Assembly: GCA_965240325.2 (NCBI GenBank)
Contig: OZ251227.1
Location: 2,170,001 to 2,234,000, forward strand
Origin: Rebecca billardiae RCC1528
Taxonomy: Eukaryota; Protista; Haptophyta
Length of the DNA: 64,000 bases
Direction: 5' to 3'
Positions 1 to 10,559 of the stretch are shown one piece after another (the stretch's first letter is position 1; every line of letters begins with the position of its first letter). A model generated the notes under the pieces. The model made no database searches. It worked only from the letters and a program-made list of their open reading frames with translations, and was not told where the DNA came from. The position numbers and the translations under genes were made by a program.

Positions 1-2657
1 TGCGCTCGCTCGGCGGGCCCAACCAGCTGTGGGGCCAGCTGCTGCAGGCGATCAACACGGCGTGCGCGCGGTACGGCGGTCGGCTCAAGATGTCCGAGCT
101 CGATCCCGAGGCCGTCGAGCAGTGGATCGCGAAGAAGAAGGCGCAGCTCGGGCAGAAGCTCGTGCACAACCGCACGCGCGGCCGGCGCATCGGCTTCGTG
201 CCGCTCGAGGAGTCGGTGTACACGCTCGGCCTCGTCACCGTCCCGCCCGAGCTGCACGAGTACGTGGAGCGCGGCGCGACGTTCGGCGCGGCGCGCTCGG
301 CCGCGGCCGCGGCGCGCCCGGCGCGCTCGGCGTTCGAGCGCATGCTCGCGCGCGCGCGCTCGGCGTCGAGCGCGCGCGGCGGCGCGGCCACGTCGACGGG
401 CGCGCCTCACGACGCGGCCGGCGGCGCGCCGATCAGCCTGAGCACCCCGCTGCTCGGGCAGCAGAGCGGCAGCGGCAGGTCAGCGAGCGCGGCGAGTATC
501 GACCCCGAGTCGGAGCCGGCCGAGGCGGCGATCCGCCGGGCCGTGCACTCTGAGTCGTCGGGGCGTGTGTCCGAGGACACGATGGCGCGCAGTCACGAGC
601 TCGCGCTCACGGGCTCCCCCCCGCACGAGGCGTACATGGACAAGCTCGACACCGGCCTCTTCCAGGCCGCGGCGGCGCACGAAGCGGACGCGGCGCACGG
701 CCGGCCGGCGGGCGACGCGCAGAACGACCCGGCGGACGAGATGGTGGTGCGCTCGTACGCGCGCGCGCACCTCTCGCACGCCGAGCTGCTGAGCTTCGTG
801 CTCGGCGTGATCTGGCCGTTCCGCCGCGTCATGTGCGCCGCGTACCTCTGCCTCTTCGCCGCGCTCGGCCTGCGGCTGCTCACCTCAAAGGCGGAGGGCG
901 ACGCGCTCAACCTGCTGCAGGCGGGCGACGCCGCGGGCTTCTGGCAGCAGTTCAACACGGTCGCGGCGGTGTGGACGGGCTCGGTGGTGCTCGAGCTCGT
1001 GGGGAACGTGGTGATGCAGCTCTTCGCGCGGCGCTCGATGCAGCACCTCTTCACCCGGCTCTTCAACCACCTGATCCACCAGGACGCCGACTTCTTCCAC
1101 GCGCTCACGCTCGGTGAGATCTGCTCGAGATGCTCGGGGGATAGCCTCACGCTGAAGGGCATCATCAGCTCGACGCTCTTCGAGGTGGTGGCGGGCGGGG
1201 TGCAGGCGCTCGCGGCGATGGTGCTGCTGATGGTCGAGGCGCGCGCGCTCTTCCGGCACAAGCCGAGCATGGTGCTCGCCGCGCCGATCGCGCTCGGCCT
1301 CGAGGTCGCGTACTCGGTGCTGTTCGGCGCGCTGTTCGCCCACCCTCTCAACCACGTCGCTCGCTCGTCGCTCGGCCGGATGTACGGCTTCCTGTTCGAC
1401 ACGTTCTCGCAGCTGCCGACGGTGCAGGCGCTGGGGATGATGCGCCGCCAGGCGGCGGACTACTGCCGCTTCGTCGAGCACTACTGGGTGCACCGGCTGT
1501 ACCTCGACGTGTGGCTCTCCTCCGAGCGCTTCTTCTCGTCGGGCGTGGGCGTGGTGCTGGTGCTCGCATTCATCGCCACGCTCGCCGATGCGTACGAGGC
1601 GCGCGCGGTCGTGGGGATGGGCACGATCTACGCGGTGCTGCGCTACCTGCACGCGATGCAGCGCGGGATCAAGACGCTCTCCGACGCGAGCGCGCGCATC
1701 TCCGCCTCGCTCGGCTCGGTCGAGCGCCTCGTCCAGATGCACAACGCGGGCAAGTTCGTCTCCCCGCGGCTGGGCGCCTCGGAGCCGCAGCCGGCGCCGC
1801 GCGCCTCGGGCTCGTCGAGCGGACACGGCGAGCCCTCGCCGCTCGCGCCGCCGGCGGCGGCCGAGCTGCGCTCGATCACCGGCGGCGTGCGGCTGGTGAG
1901 CTGCCACTTCTGCTTCCGGCAGAAGTCCGACGTCACCGTGCTGCACGCCGTCTCCCTCCAGCTGATGCCCGGCGCGATCGTCGCGCTCACCGGCCACTCT
2001 GGCTCTGGCAAGTCGACGCTGCTCAAGCTGGTGCAGCTCGTGTACCAGCCCTTCAAGGGCACCGTCGAGTTCCTCACGCCGGGGCCGCCGCCCGGCGGCG
2101 CGCCGCCGCGCAAGGGCGAGCCCGTCGACCGCCACTGGGTGGCGTACTCCCCCGCGCTCCACGACGCGCAGCTCGTGCGCGACCGGATCGCCGTGCTCTC
2201 CCTCTCGACACTCGGCGTCTTCTACGCGACCGTCGAGGTGAACGTGGCGTGCGCCGCCGCGGGCACGCGCGAGGTGACGTCGGAGGAGGTGCGGCGCGCG
2301 TGCGAGTTCGTCGGGATGGACTCGATCGTGAACGAGAAGCTACGCGACGGGTACTACACCGTGATCGGCGGGCCCAACGCGATCGAGCTGGGCGAGGGCC
2401 TGCTGCTGCGCATCTCGCTCGCGCGCGTGCTCATCCGCCGCCCGAGGATCCTGTTGGTCGACGAGACGGACCACTACTGCAGCGTGCTCGGGCACAAGTT
2501 CGTCAAGCGCTTCCTCGAGCACGTCGCCGGGCTCGGCTGCGCCGTGCTCGTCACCTGCTGGCGGCAGCAGCTCGCCAAGGAGCTCGTGCTCGCGCCGCCG
2601 GGCGACCCGGCGCTCAAGCTGCAATACTTCCTCGATGCAGGGCGCATCGTCGAGTAG
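1..2657 (+). CDS. ABC transporter (ABCB-like TMD + NBD), 5'-truncated by the window edge
   Basis: The frame is open and coding-like from base 3 (RSLGGPNQLWGQLLQ...) into the 855-aa ORF. It has six-TM-like segments, an ABCB-type coupling segment (LIHQDADFFHALTLGEICSR), Walker A GHSGSGKST and Walker B ILLVDE. The signature, Q, D and H loops are degenerate. Confidence 0.8.
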   Translation, partial: RSLGGPNQLWGQLLQAINTACARYGGRLKMSELDPEAVEQWIAKKKAQLGQKLVHNRTRGRRIGFVPLEESVYTLGLVTVPPELHEYVERGATFGAARSAAAAARPARSAFERMLARARSASSARGGAATSTGAPHDAAGGAPISLSTPLLGQQSGSGRSASAASIDPESEPAEAAIRRAVHSESSGRVSEDTMARSHELALTGSPPHEAYMDKLDTGLFQAAAAHEADAAHGRPAGDAQNDPADEMVVRSYARAHLSHAELLSFVLGVIWPFRRVMCAAYLCLFAALGLRLLTSKAEGDALNLLQAGDAAGFWQQFNTVAAVWTGSVVLELVGNVVMQLFARRSMQHLFTRLFNHLIHQDADFFHALTLGEICSRCSGDSLTLKGIISSTLFEVVAGGVQALAAMVLLMVEARALFRHKPSMVLAAPIALGLEVAYSVLFGALFAHPLNHVARSSLGRMYGFLFDTFSQLPTVQALGMMRRQAADYCRFVEHYWVHRLYLDVWLSSERFFSSGVGVVLVLAFIATLADAYEARAVVGMGTIYAVLRYLHAMQRGIKTLSDASARISASLGSVERLVQMHNAGKFVSPRLGASEPQPAPRASGSSSGHGEPSPLAPPAAAELRSITGGVRLVSCHFCFRQKSDVTVLHAVSLQLMPGAIVALTGHSGSGKSTLLKLVQLVYQPFKGTVEFLTPGPPPGGAPPRKGEPVDRHWVAYSPALHDAQLVRDRIAVLSLSTLGVFYATVEVNVACAAAGTREVTSEEVRRACEFVGMDSIVNEKLRDGYYTVIGGPNAIELGEGLLLRISLARVLIRRPRILLVDETDHYCSVLGHKFVKRFLEHVAGLGCAVLVTCWRQQLAKELVLAPPGDPALKLQYFLDAGRIVE

Positions 2658-2982
2658 CGCAGCCGGCAGGCAGGCCGCGGTTTGTGGGTACTAGTGCTGG
2701 GTGAGTGAGGACGACGAGGCCGATCTCGAATGACGAATGGGATGCTAGTTTGAAGGCTTGGAGCGCATGATTGGCATCTTAGCTGCCCTTGAACTAGTAA
2801 CTCAGTATGGGGGTAAACCTAGTAACTGCATCGTGGGCGAAGAGCCGAAAGCCGGCGTCGGAACTGGAACGCGTCCGCTAGCTCTGATCAATGATGAGCG
2901 ACCGTTGGTCTCTCGGGTGAGATTCGGTGGACACGGCTGACGCTGAGGCCGGTGGACTAGGCCGCCGCCGCAGGTCTGCAGG

Positions 2983-3660
2983 ATGGCCGCCGCCGGGGCG
3001 CCGGCCGAGACGCTGACGCAGTATGAGGCCATGGTGCAGGAGAACATCCGGCGGAATCGCGCCGTGATGGAGGCGCTGGGCCTCGGTCGAAACGACGCCC
3101 GTCGGCACGAGGAGGTGAGGAGCATCGCGCCGAAGCCATCCAGCTCGAAGAAGGGCCGGGCAAGCTCTGCTGCGTCCGGTGAGACGCAGCGCGAGGCTGT
3201 GCGTCGTTCACATCGCTTAGCCGGCATGGCAGCCTCGGCCGAGCGCTCCGATGGGCACGCTGCTGACCGCGGGTCTCGAAGCCCAGGGGTCCACGACGAT
3301 GTCACCGCCCTCGAGGGCGCGCACGTGCACGCCAAGGAAGACCACCTCAGGTGGGCGGGCCTGCAGAAGGGAGCGTCGCCTGTCGGCACGGCCAGCTACG
3401 AGCACACGCTGCATCGCGTCATGACGATGAGCGAGGCGCAGCTCGAGCGCCGGATCCGTGCTATCGAGCGCGCGTGCGGGCAGCACGCTGTTGCGAAGAT
3501 GAAGCTCTTCGCCACAGTGCTCGCGCTCGAAGGGTACGCAGAGCTCGCCGAGGAGGCGACCGACGCGTTCCAGCGGCTCGTCGAGAAGCTGGGCATGCCG
3601 TCGGCACCTAAGGATGATGCCGAGGACGCACCGGCCGCGAGCCGCGGTGACAAGGCATGA
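2983..3660 (+). CDS. hypothetical protein, probably nuclear
   Basis: 225-aa ORF with coding-like codon usage. The N-terminal LTQYEAMVQENIRRNRAVMEALGL matches a YE..R..NI.RN...L..LGL motif of chromatin proteins such as WDR76/Cmr1, followed by RRSHRL. Confidence 0.6.
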   Translation: MAAAGAPAETLTQYEAMVQENIRRNRAVMEALGLGRNDARRHEEVRSIAPKPSSSKKGRASSAASGETQREAVRRSHRLAGMAASAERSDGHAADRGSRSPGVHDDVTALEGAHVHAKEDHLRWAGLQKGASPVGTASYEHTLHRVMTMSEAQLERRIRAIERACGQHAVAKMKLFATVLALEGYAELAEEATDAFQRLVEKLGMPSAPKDDAEDAPAASRGDKA

Positions 3661-4424
3661 TTTGGCCACAGCAGGCCGGAGCCAGGGCCTCGGCGTCCGG
3701 CGTCCGCAAAACCGCCGCCTGGCGAGCCTGCGCAGACAGGTTGTGCTCGCTGATGACGACGGCCAAACGGCGATCCGGTGGCGCGCGACCAGTGATGCCG
3801 CTCCGAGTGCCGGCACTGGCCAGTCACCGACGCCCAACTGTGCCGCCACTGCCGCTGGTGCCACCTGGAAGTGGAATGCCCGACTGCCGCCAGCTCCAGC
3901 TGCTAATTGCTAAGACATAGGCTAAGTCGGCCTGGCCGGGCCGCCGGGTCGGACAGCACCGCAGCCGGGCGCAGCCAGGGCGCCCGAGCCAGCAGCGCGG
4001 ACGGCGGAGCGCCGCAGCGCCGTCACGACGGTCATTGATCATGGCTTCATGCTGCAGCCTCGCTACGGAACTGCTGCTGCCGACTAGCACTAGCAGCGAG
4101 ATGAGTAGCCACGGAGCGACACGCCCAGTACGCCCTAACTTAGCCCGCCTAACGGCCACGGTACTGGCAACAGTAGTACGTTATATATAATAACAGACAC
4201 CTACAGTCGAGACACATCGGGCGATTCCAGCACATATATCCGCCGCGTCATCGTCATCATTATTCATTGGAATCATCCGTGTCATCGTAACACAGTTAGA
4301 AGTCAACCTTATCGTCGTCCTTATCCCGCGCGCCCCGCTTGGCCTTGCAGGCGCAGCCTAGCTGCGCAGGCGCTGCCTGCATCCGCCAGCGCGGCATCGC
4401 CGATCGCGGCGTCGCGGCGCCACA

Positions 4425-6296
4425 TCAGCTAGCAGTAGCCACTGTAGCAACAGCAGCGGAGGCCGCGGCTGCCGCTGTCGCCCGCCTGCTCGCGCCGGCA
4501 GCGGCCGACCGAGCACGCGGCGGACGCGTTGCTGGTCTTGCGACCGCTGACGGCTTCGTCGCCGTCGCCGCCAGGAGTACTGTCGACCTGCCGCTCGCGC
4601 TGGCGGCGGCGGCGACAGCGGCTGCGCGGCCCACCCGCGCGTCGATCGCGCGGTCGATCATCTCCAGCGCCGGCAGGCAGCGCTCGCTGATAGACACTGT
4701 GCTGCTCGCGAGCGGTGCGCGCACGCCCGGGTGGTCCGTGTTGATGCGCACCAGCCGCGTGCCATGAGCGCCGAGCCGCCTGAGCAGCCGCTCCGAGTTG
4801 TCGCGCACCGTGGGCACGCGCACGCCCGCGCCGAGCTCGAGCACAACCAGCCTGCGCGTCACGTCGCGCTTCAGCGCGCGGCGCACCCGCGCCAGCCACG
4901 CCTCGTACTCGTCGCCGCCGTCTCCAGGGTCGAGCCAGCGATCGTCATCGAACATCAGGATGGCTGGCCGAGCAGCGCCGCCGCAGTGCGGGCAGTGCGG
5001 ATGGTTATGCCGCAAGCGCGGCGAGCTCGGCGGCTGCTCCGACGGAGCTCGCTCGGCGGCGGGCGCGTACTCGGGCGCGTGCATCGTCTCTCGATCGACG
5101 ACGAAGCGGCGGCGCTCGGGCATGCGCCACACAGCCGCCGCACCCGCATCGTCCGCCGCCGCCTCCGCAGGCGAGCCAAACGCGACGGCGCGCGCGAGCT
5201 CGAGCGAGCGCGCGCACGGCTGCGCACACTGCCACGAGCGGATGTTGCCGTGGATCTCGTACAGCCCAGCGTCACCGCTCGCCTCCGCCCGCCCCACGCC
5301 CGCCCCCGGCGCGCGCGCCACGCCCGCGCGCGCAAACGCGCAGTCCACGTTGGAGGTGAAAACGAATGTGCTGCTGCGCTCGCCCTCGGCGCGCGCGCCG
5401 GCCGGCGGCGGCGGGCCGGACTGCCTCGCGCGCGCGAGGAGCCGCTGGCCAATCACGGCGTCGCGCCACTTCGCGAGCATGGCGTACCCCGCATGCGGCG
5501 CCGTGTCCATGTACGCGTTGAAGCAGTCGAGCCAAAAGCCGTAGAACTGCTCGGGCGAACGCTCGAGGCTGCCTGGTGAGCACAGGTCTGCGTAGCCCAG
5601 GCCCGCGGATGCGTATGCCGGCACGTTGGCGATGTCCTTGTACACGGAGAGGCCCGAGTCGGCGCTGAGACCCGCGCCCGCGGAGATCAGCAGGAAGTCC
5701 GCGCGCAGGAGTGCCTCCGCCGCCGACGCATACTCGGCACCGATGCCTTGCATCGACGGCGCGCGCGCGAGGGGCGGCGCGGGCACGCTCGCGCGCCGAG
5801 TGGGGTGCGCGTGGCCGGCGGAGAGGCTGCGCCGCGCGGCGGGCGCCCCGGGAGGGACGGAGTGCCGCGAGTGAGCATCTCCACCGTCCGCTCGAGCGCT
5901 GCCGTTGCTGCTCCCCGTGCGTGCCGCGGCCGGGAGCGGCGGCTTGCGCGGCGCAAACGGCACAGGCAGACCGGCCGGCTCGGCGCCGTCAGAGCGCCAG
6001 CTCACGGGCATGGTCGCCGTGCGCGACAGCAGAGCGACGCGAGTGACACCTAGGCCACCATCACGCGATGGCGGTGCGCGGGCTGCCGTCTCTGTCTCGA
6101 GACTGAGAGAGTAGCAGCGCTGGCGCGCGCGCACGCCGCCAGGCTCGAGCGCCGAGCGTACACGCGCGGGGGCCACGACTTGCACGACGAGGGCGTCGTC
6201 GACGCGGGAGCAGTCGGTGTCCGGAATGGACGGCGCGCGCGACCGACCGTTCGCAGAAGCCGGCAGCGCGGGCCAGCGCGGCAGCGCGTCCAGCAT
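4425..6296 (-). CDS. Sir2/sirtuin-family NAD-dependent deacylase
   Basis: Motifs SAGAGLSADSG, FVFTSNVD, EIHGN (catalytic His), Zn-ribbon CAQPC...CPHC, RPAILMFDD and LELGAG..VPTVR. The start is uncertain (alternative ATG at 6011). Confidence 0.85.
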   Translation of the reverse strand: MLDALPRWPALPASANGRSRAPSIPDTDCSRVDDALVVQVVAPARVRSALEPGGVRARQRCYSLSLETETAARAPPSRDGGLGVTRVALLSRTATMPVSWRSDGAEPAGLPVPFAPRKPPLPAAARTGSSNGSARADGGDAHSRHSVPPGAPAARRSLSAGHAHPTRRASVPAPPLARAPSMQGIGAEYASAAEALLRADFLLISAGAGLSADSGLSVYKDIANVPAYASAGLGYADLCSPGSLERSPEQFYGFWLDCFNAYMDTAPHAGYAMLAKWRDAVIGQRLLARARQSGPPPPAGARAEGERSSTFVFTSNVDCAFARAGVARAPGAGVGRAEASGDAGLYEIHGNIRSWQCAQPCARSLELARAVAFGSPAEAAADDAGAAAVWRMPERRRFVVDRETMHAPEYAPAAERAPSEQPPSSPRLRHNHPHCPHCGGAARPAILMFDDDRWLDPGDGGDEYEAWLARVRRALKRDVTRRLVVLELGAGVRVPTVRDNSERLLRRLGAHGTRLVRINTDHPGVRAPLASSTVSISERCLPALEMIDRAIDARVGRAAAVAAAASASGRSTVLLAATATKPSAVARPATRPPRARSAAAGASRRATAAAAASAAVATVATAS

Positions 6297-6490
6297 CAGG
6301 CGTTGTCGCAGCGCCTGGGCCTGGCCGCCATTTGAAACGGCGGGAGCACTGTCTTCGGCTCTCCCGTTCGCGCTTGCCGCTTGATGAACAGCAGTCGTGA
6401 ATTCTTGAGCCAGCAGGGAACCAACCCGTCCGCCATCTTGCGGGTGGTTATCCTTCGCGCCCGCGTGAGCCGGGCAGCCGGCGAGCGGGC

Positions 6491-7528
6491 ATGGCGCATC
6501 GGGCGTCCCGTCGGGACTCCCTGGTGATCCTCGACGAAGGCGTGGAGCACGCCTTGCACCGCCTCTCGGGCAAGGTGAACCTCTCCGTCGTCGAGCTCAA
6601 GCGCGAGCGCATGCTCGGCCTCGAGCGCGCAGGGCTGAGCGACGAGGACATGGAGGCGCTCGCCCTCGTGCTCAAGCACAACCGCGAGCTGAGCACGCTG
6701 TGGCTGTCGGGAAACTCGATATCGAACGCCGGCGCGCTCACGCTCGCCCGCACGGTCAACGCGCACAAGCTCACCGAGCTCGTGCTGAGCGCGAACGAGC
6801 TCGAGGATCTGAGCGGCCTCTCGATCGCAGAGGCGCTCAAGGACAACGCGCAGATGCGCACGCTGTACCTTTCGCACAACGAGCTGACGGACAAGAGCGC
6901 GGTCGCGCTGGCCAACGCGATCGTCTCCAACCCCAAGTGCGTCCTCTCCACCCTCAGCCTCAGCACCAACCGCGTGTCCGACGACGGGCTGAGCGCGCTC
7001 GCCGACGCGCTCGCCAAGAACACCACGCTCACGCGGCTCGAGCTCGCGCACAACCCGTACACGGACGCCGGCGCCACGGCGCTCGGCGGGGCGCTGCAGG
7101 CCAACTCGACGCTCGTCAAGCTGGACATCAGCGGCGCGCGCCCGAAGCACGGCAAAATCGGCGAGAAGGGCGGCAAGGCGCTCGCAGCGGGCCTGCGCGC
7201 CAACAAGGGCCTGCAGTATGTGTGGATGCGCAACCACGCGCTGGGGGATGGGGTGGTGCCGGCGTTCGTCCAGGTCGCCGAGAACAGCAGCCCGCTGGTC
7301 GAGCTCTCGCTTCGGTACGCCGCGCGACCTCGGCGGGGCTGGGCGCGCGAATCGCACCGCGCGCCGCGCAGAGTCTCGTTGGGTGGCTCACCCCGCCTCG
7401 CCCTGCGCACGCGTCCGCCTGCCGGCCCGTGCGCGCGCAGGGGCAACCCCATCAGCAAGGGCGCGCACGAGAAGCTCCACGTCGCGTGGTCCAAGGGCGG
7501 GCGCTCCAGGTATGACCTGCACCTGTGA
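6491..7528 (+). CDS. leucine-rich repeat protein (RI/NLRC3-like LRRs)
   Basis: Repeated LxxLxLxxNxI/L units. Removing an in-frame GC-rich intron at 7315-7440 (GTACGC...GCAG) restores LVELSLRGNPI. Confidence 0.85.
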   Translation: MAHRASRRDSLVILDEGVEHALHRLSGKVNLSVVELKRERMLGLERAGLSDEDMEALALVLKHNRELSTLWLSGNSISNAGALTLARTVNAHKLTELVLSANELEDLSGLSIAEALKDNAQMRTLYLSHNELTDKSAVALANAIVSNPKCVLSTLSLSTNRVSDDGLSALADALAKNTTLTRLELAHNPYTDAGATALGGALQANSTLVKLDISGARPKHGKIGEKGGKALAAGLRANKGLQYVWMRNHALGDGVVPAFVQVAENSSPLVELSLRYAARPRRGWARESHRAPRRVSLGGSPRLALRTRPPAGPCARRGNPISKGAHEKLHVAWSKGGRSRYDLHL

Positions 7529-8029
7529 TGCCGGCGCGGAATCTCGTGATCGATTTATCTCGTCGCTCGATCGAGGCTACCAAAGCTGCGGCGGCTCATG
7601 AGACTCGCCTCCCGGCTGACGGTGCATCAGACAATCTGAATCAGTTGCGGATAGGCTGAGTTCAAAGTGACATGGTCGGTGCGCGCCCGAGTTCATATCG
7701 CCTGATATGATCCGCGTGAGTCTCACTGATCCGCCGAGCCGACTGGCAGCCATCCGGGCTCAGAGGTCAGAGGATCGGAGGTCCTGCGGAACTCGTCGTC
7801 AGATATATCACCGAACTCCGAAGCCTACCGTGAGTACCGCTCGGACTCGGAGTCCTACTGTAGCTCGGACTCATCGGGTCCGAGTCTGTCGGAGTCACTC
7901 CGACGCCGGCCCCGGGTCCGACGAGTTCACGCACTACTACTATTCTAGCTACTAGTTACTACTAGGTCTACTTTGCAGTCACCGTCATTCTGTTCTCTAG
8001 CATAGTCACTATATAATATAACTATCTAT

Positions 8030-8030
8030 A

Positions 8031-8093
<63 letters not shown>
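8030..8093. repeat. (TA)n microsatellite
   Basis: Pure TA run. Confidence 0.95.
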
Positions 8094-8095
<2 letters not shown>

Positions 8096-8482
8096 TACTG
8101 CGCTGATGTAGTAGAGTCACGTAGTCACACTGACACTTGTACTGTCTGTCAGTCAGACAGTCACGACTCAGTCGGTAACTCAGACTATACAGTCACGAGT
8201 GCCGCCCGCTGCCAGCCCCGCTCCGGGTCCGGGACTCGGGAGACGGATCACGGAGCCCGGCGGCCGGCTCAGTGACACAGTGTGAGTGGCGGGCGCTGAG
8301 GCTTGGGCAAGTTGCTTCCGACGACGATGACTCAGCAGCCACTATACTGAGTCACTCTCATTATAGTGATCGGCGTGCGGATGACAGTGATATGCACTCG
8401 GCATCCTCTAGACAGTCTCGACCCCTCGTGAACCGAGTGAGACTATACGTGACGTAACTACTCACGAGTAGTGATCGTCATA

Positions 8483-10559
8483 TCACTCGGAGGCGTAGAG
8501 CACGTCCATGTCGGTGCGCGGCGGCATCCAGCCGAGCTGCAGCAGCCGCTCGTAGCTCCAGGCCGCGGCCGTGTCGCTCCCGCCGTCGTCCACCTGCGCG
8601 CCGTCAGGCAAGCAGGACCGCGCCGCGTGCATGGCCCCACGCGCAAGGGCAGCGGGTGGCGGTGGACAGATCGCTCGGGACCGGCGGTCAGCGCGCGAGT
8701 GCAGTGCGCCTGGCGGCTGGCAGCAGCAGTCCAGGGGCGGCGCCGCAGGAGGGCCGCGCGCGCAGCCGGCTGCGCGCGGCGCGCCCCGTGCGCGCACCTT
8801 CCAGGCGAAGAAGTAGTGCCCGCCACTCAGCCGCGCAAAGCAGCGCAGCTGCGCGACGACGAGCGCGCGGCGCACGGCGTCGCGCTCGGCGTCCGAGTCG
8901 AGCGAGGCGAGGCCGAGCGCGGCCTGCGTGCACCCGTTGAACTGCCACGTGGGCAGCGCGGCACTCCACGCGCTCACGAGCGCGCGCTGCCCCGGGAGTT
9001 TGTCGCGGAGGTCGTCCAGCGAGGGCACGTGCCCGGAGCCCGTGCGCGCCCGCCTCAAGTGCTCGTCGAGCTTGGCGGTTGCCCAGTCGTTGCCGTAGCA
9101 CTGCAGCGCGCGCGCGCACAGCTGCACGCGGCGGAAGTGGCGGTGAGCCAGCCCTGCGCGCTCGAGCTCTGCCCATGGCCGGCCAGACACGTCCATCACG
9201 ACCAGCACCGAGCAGCCCGCCGCGCGCACCGCGTCGTATGCCAGCTCGTAGTACTCGGCGAGGCGGCCCGTCGGGATCGACGGCGAGGGCGAGTCGAGCA
9301 GGCCGATCGCGTGCAGCGCCGGGTGCGCGCCCCAGCGCGCCGCGATACGCGCCACGCAGCGCACGCTCGCTGCGACGTCCCACCACTCCCACCGCCACGC
9401 CGGGTCGGCAAAGCCGCACGAGGGCTCGCCCGACTGCCCGCCCGGCGCGCCCTGCAGGCACAGCTGCACGCGCAGGCCGACGGCGCTCGCGTCGTCGAGC
9501 AGCCTGCTGAGCACCTCCTCGTCCGGCCCGTGGTACGGCTCAGCGCGCTCGAGCCACGCGCGCTCGCCCTCGTACGGCCCGGCTGGCTTGCGCCGCAGCC
9601 CTTCCGCCTGGAGCAGCCAGTAGCCGAACGGCACGCGGACCTGCCGCGCGGCGCTCGGGCGCGCGGGGGCGCAGGCGCGCGCAGTGCGCTCGGGCGCAGT
9701 GAGCGGCCGTGCGCCGGCTGCGCGGCGCGACGGCGGCGGCACGGCGCGCGGGTGCGCGCACGGAATTCAGCCCCGCGCCGCGCATGCGCTCCAGGTCCAC
9801 GCGGCCGACCCAGGAGCTGCGGTGCGCGTGCCAGTCGTCCGGGTGGAGGTGCTGCGCGAGGCGGAACTCGTCGGCGACGTCGGCGGGGGCGCTCGAGAAG
9901 AGCGCGTGCTGCATCCACCGCTCGCAGCACAGCCAGCCCGCCAGGCTGACGCCGCGCACGGACCCGCCCGTCATGGCCGCTTGGTCAAAGTCAGGCCAGG
10001 CAGAACGGTCGAGGTGGAGGGCGCGCGCGTGCATGTCGGCGTCGAAGGCGTCGGCGGCGGCGTCGCGCGGCGCGGGCTGTCGCTCGTGGACGAGCTGCCA
10101 CGTCGTGTACCACGCCAGCCGCGCGACGTGGTGCCGCGTCGTCGGGTCGATGCGCGCATCGCTCAGCGCACGCGCCAGGGACGCCTCCTCGCTGTCGTCC
10201 TCCGCGGGCGGCGGCGGGCCTCGCGCGCCGTCATAGCCGTGTCGCGCGCCGTGGAGGGCGCGGCGGGTGTACCGCCACATGAGCCCGCCCAGCCGTGTCG
10301 CAAGCTCCACCGCGCCCGTCGCAGCGGCCAGCTGGACGTGCAGCGCGTCGAGGGCATCGGCCTCGGCGTCCAAGCGCGCGCGATCCCCCGGTGCGTCCGA
10401 GTGGTCGGACTCGAGGCGCGCGCACGTGGCTGCCCGCGTCGCCATGTCACGCAGCGCCTCGATCGCGGCCGCGCTGAGCGCCTGTGGACGGCCGGGCGTG
10501 GCCACGTCCTCAGCCGTTATCACCGCTGGGGCGGCCGTGAGGTCATCCGCGGCCGCCAT
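8483..10559 (-). CDS. glycoside hydrolase family 5-like protein (exo-1,3-beta-glucanase-like), probably catalytically dead
   Basis: VRGVSLAGWLCCERWM, GLNS^VRVPFGYW, GAPGGQSG, FFAWK^V and WSY match GH5 exoglucanase motifs. Introns at 9641-9761 and 8594-8797. The NEP and GEWS motifs are replaced by DSP and SAWS. Confidence 0.8.

Noticed and set aside
4425-6296. SirTM (macrodomain-linked ADP-ribosylating sirtuin)
   Set aside because: The catalytic His (EIHG) is retained and no macrodomain partner is nearby.
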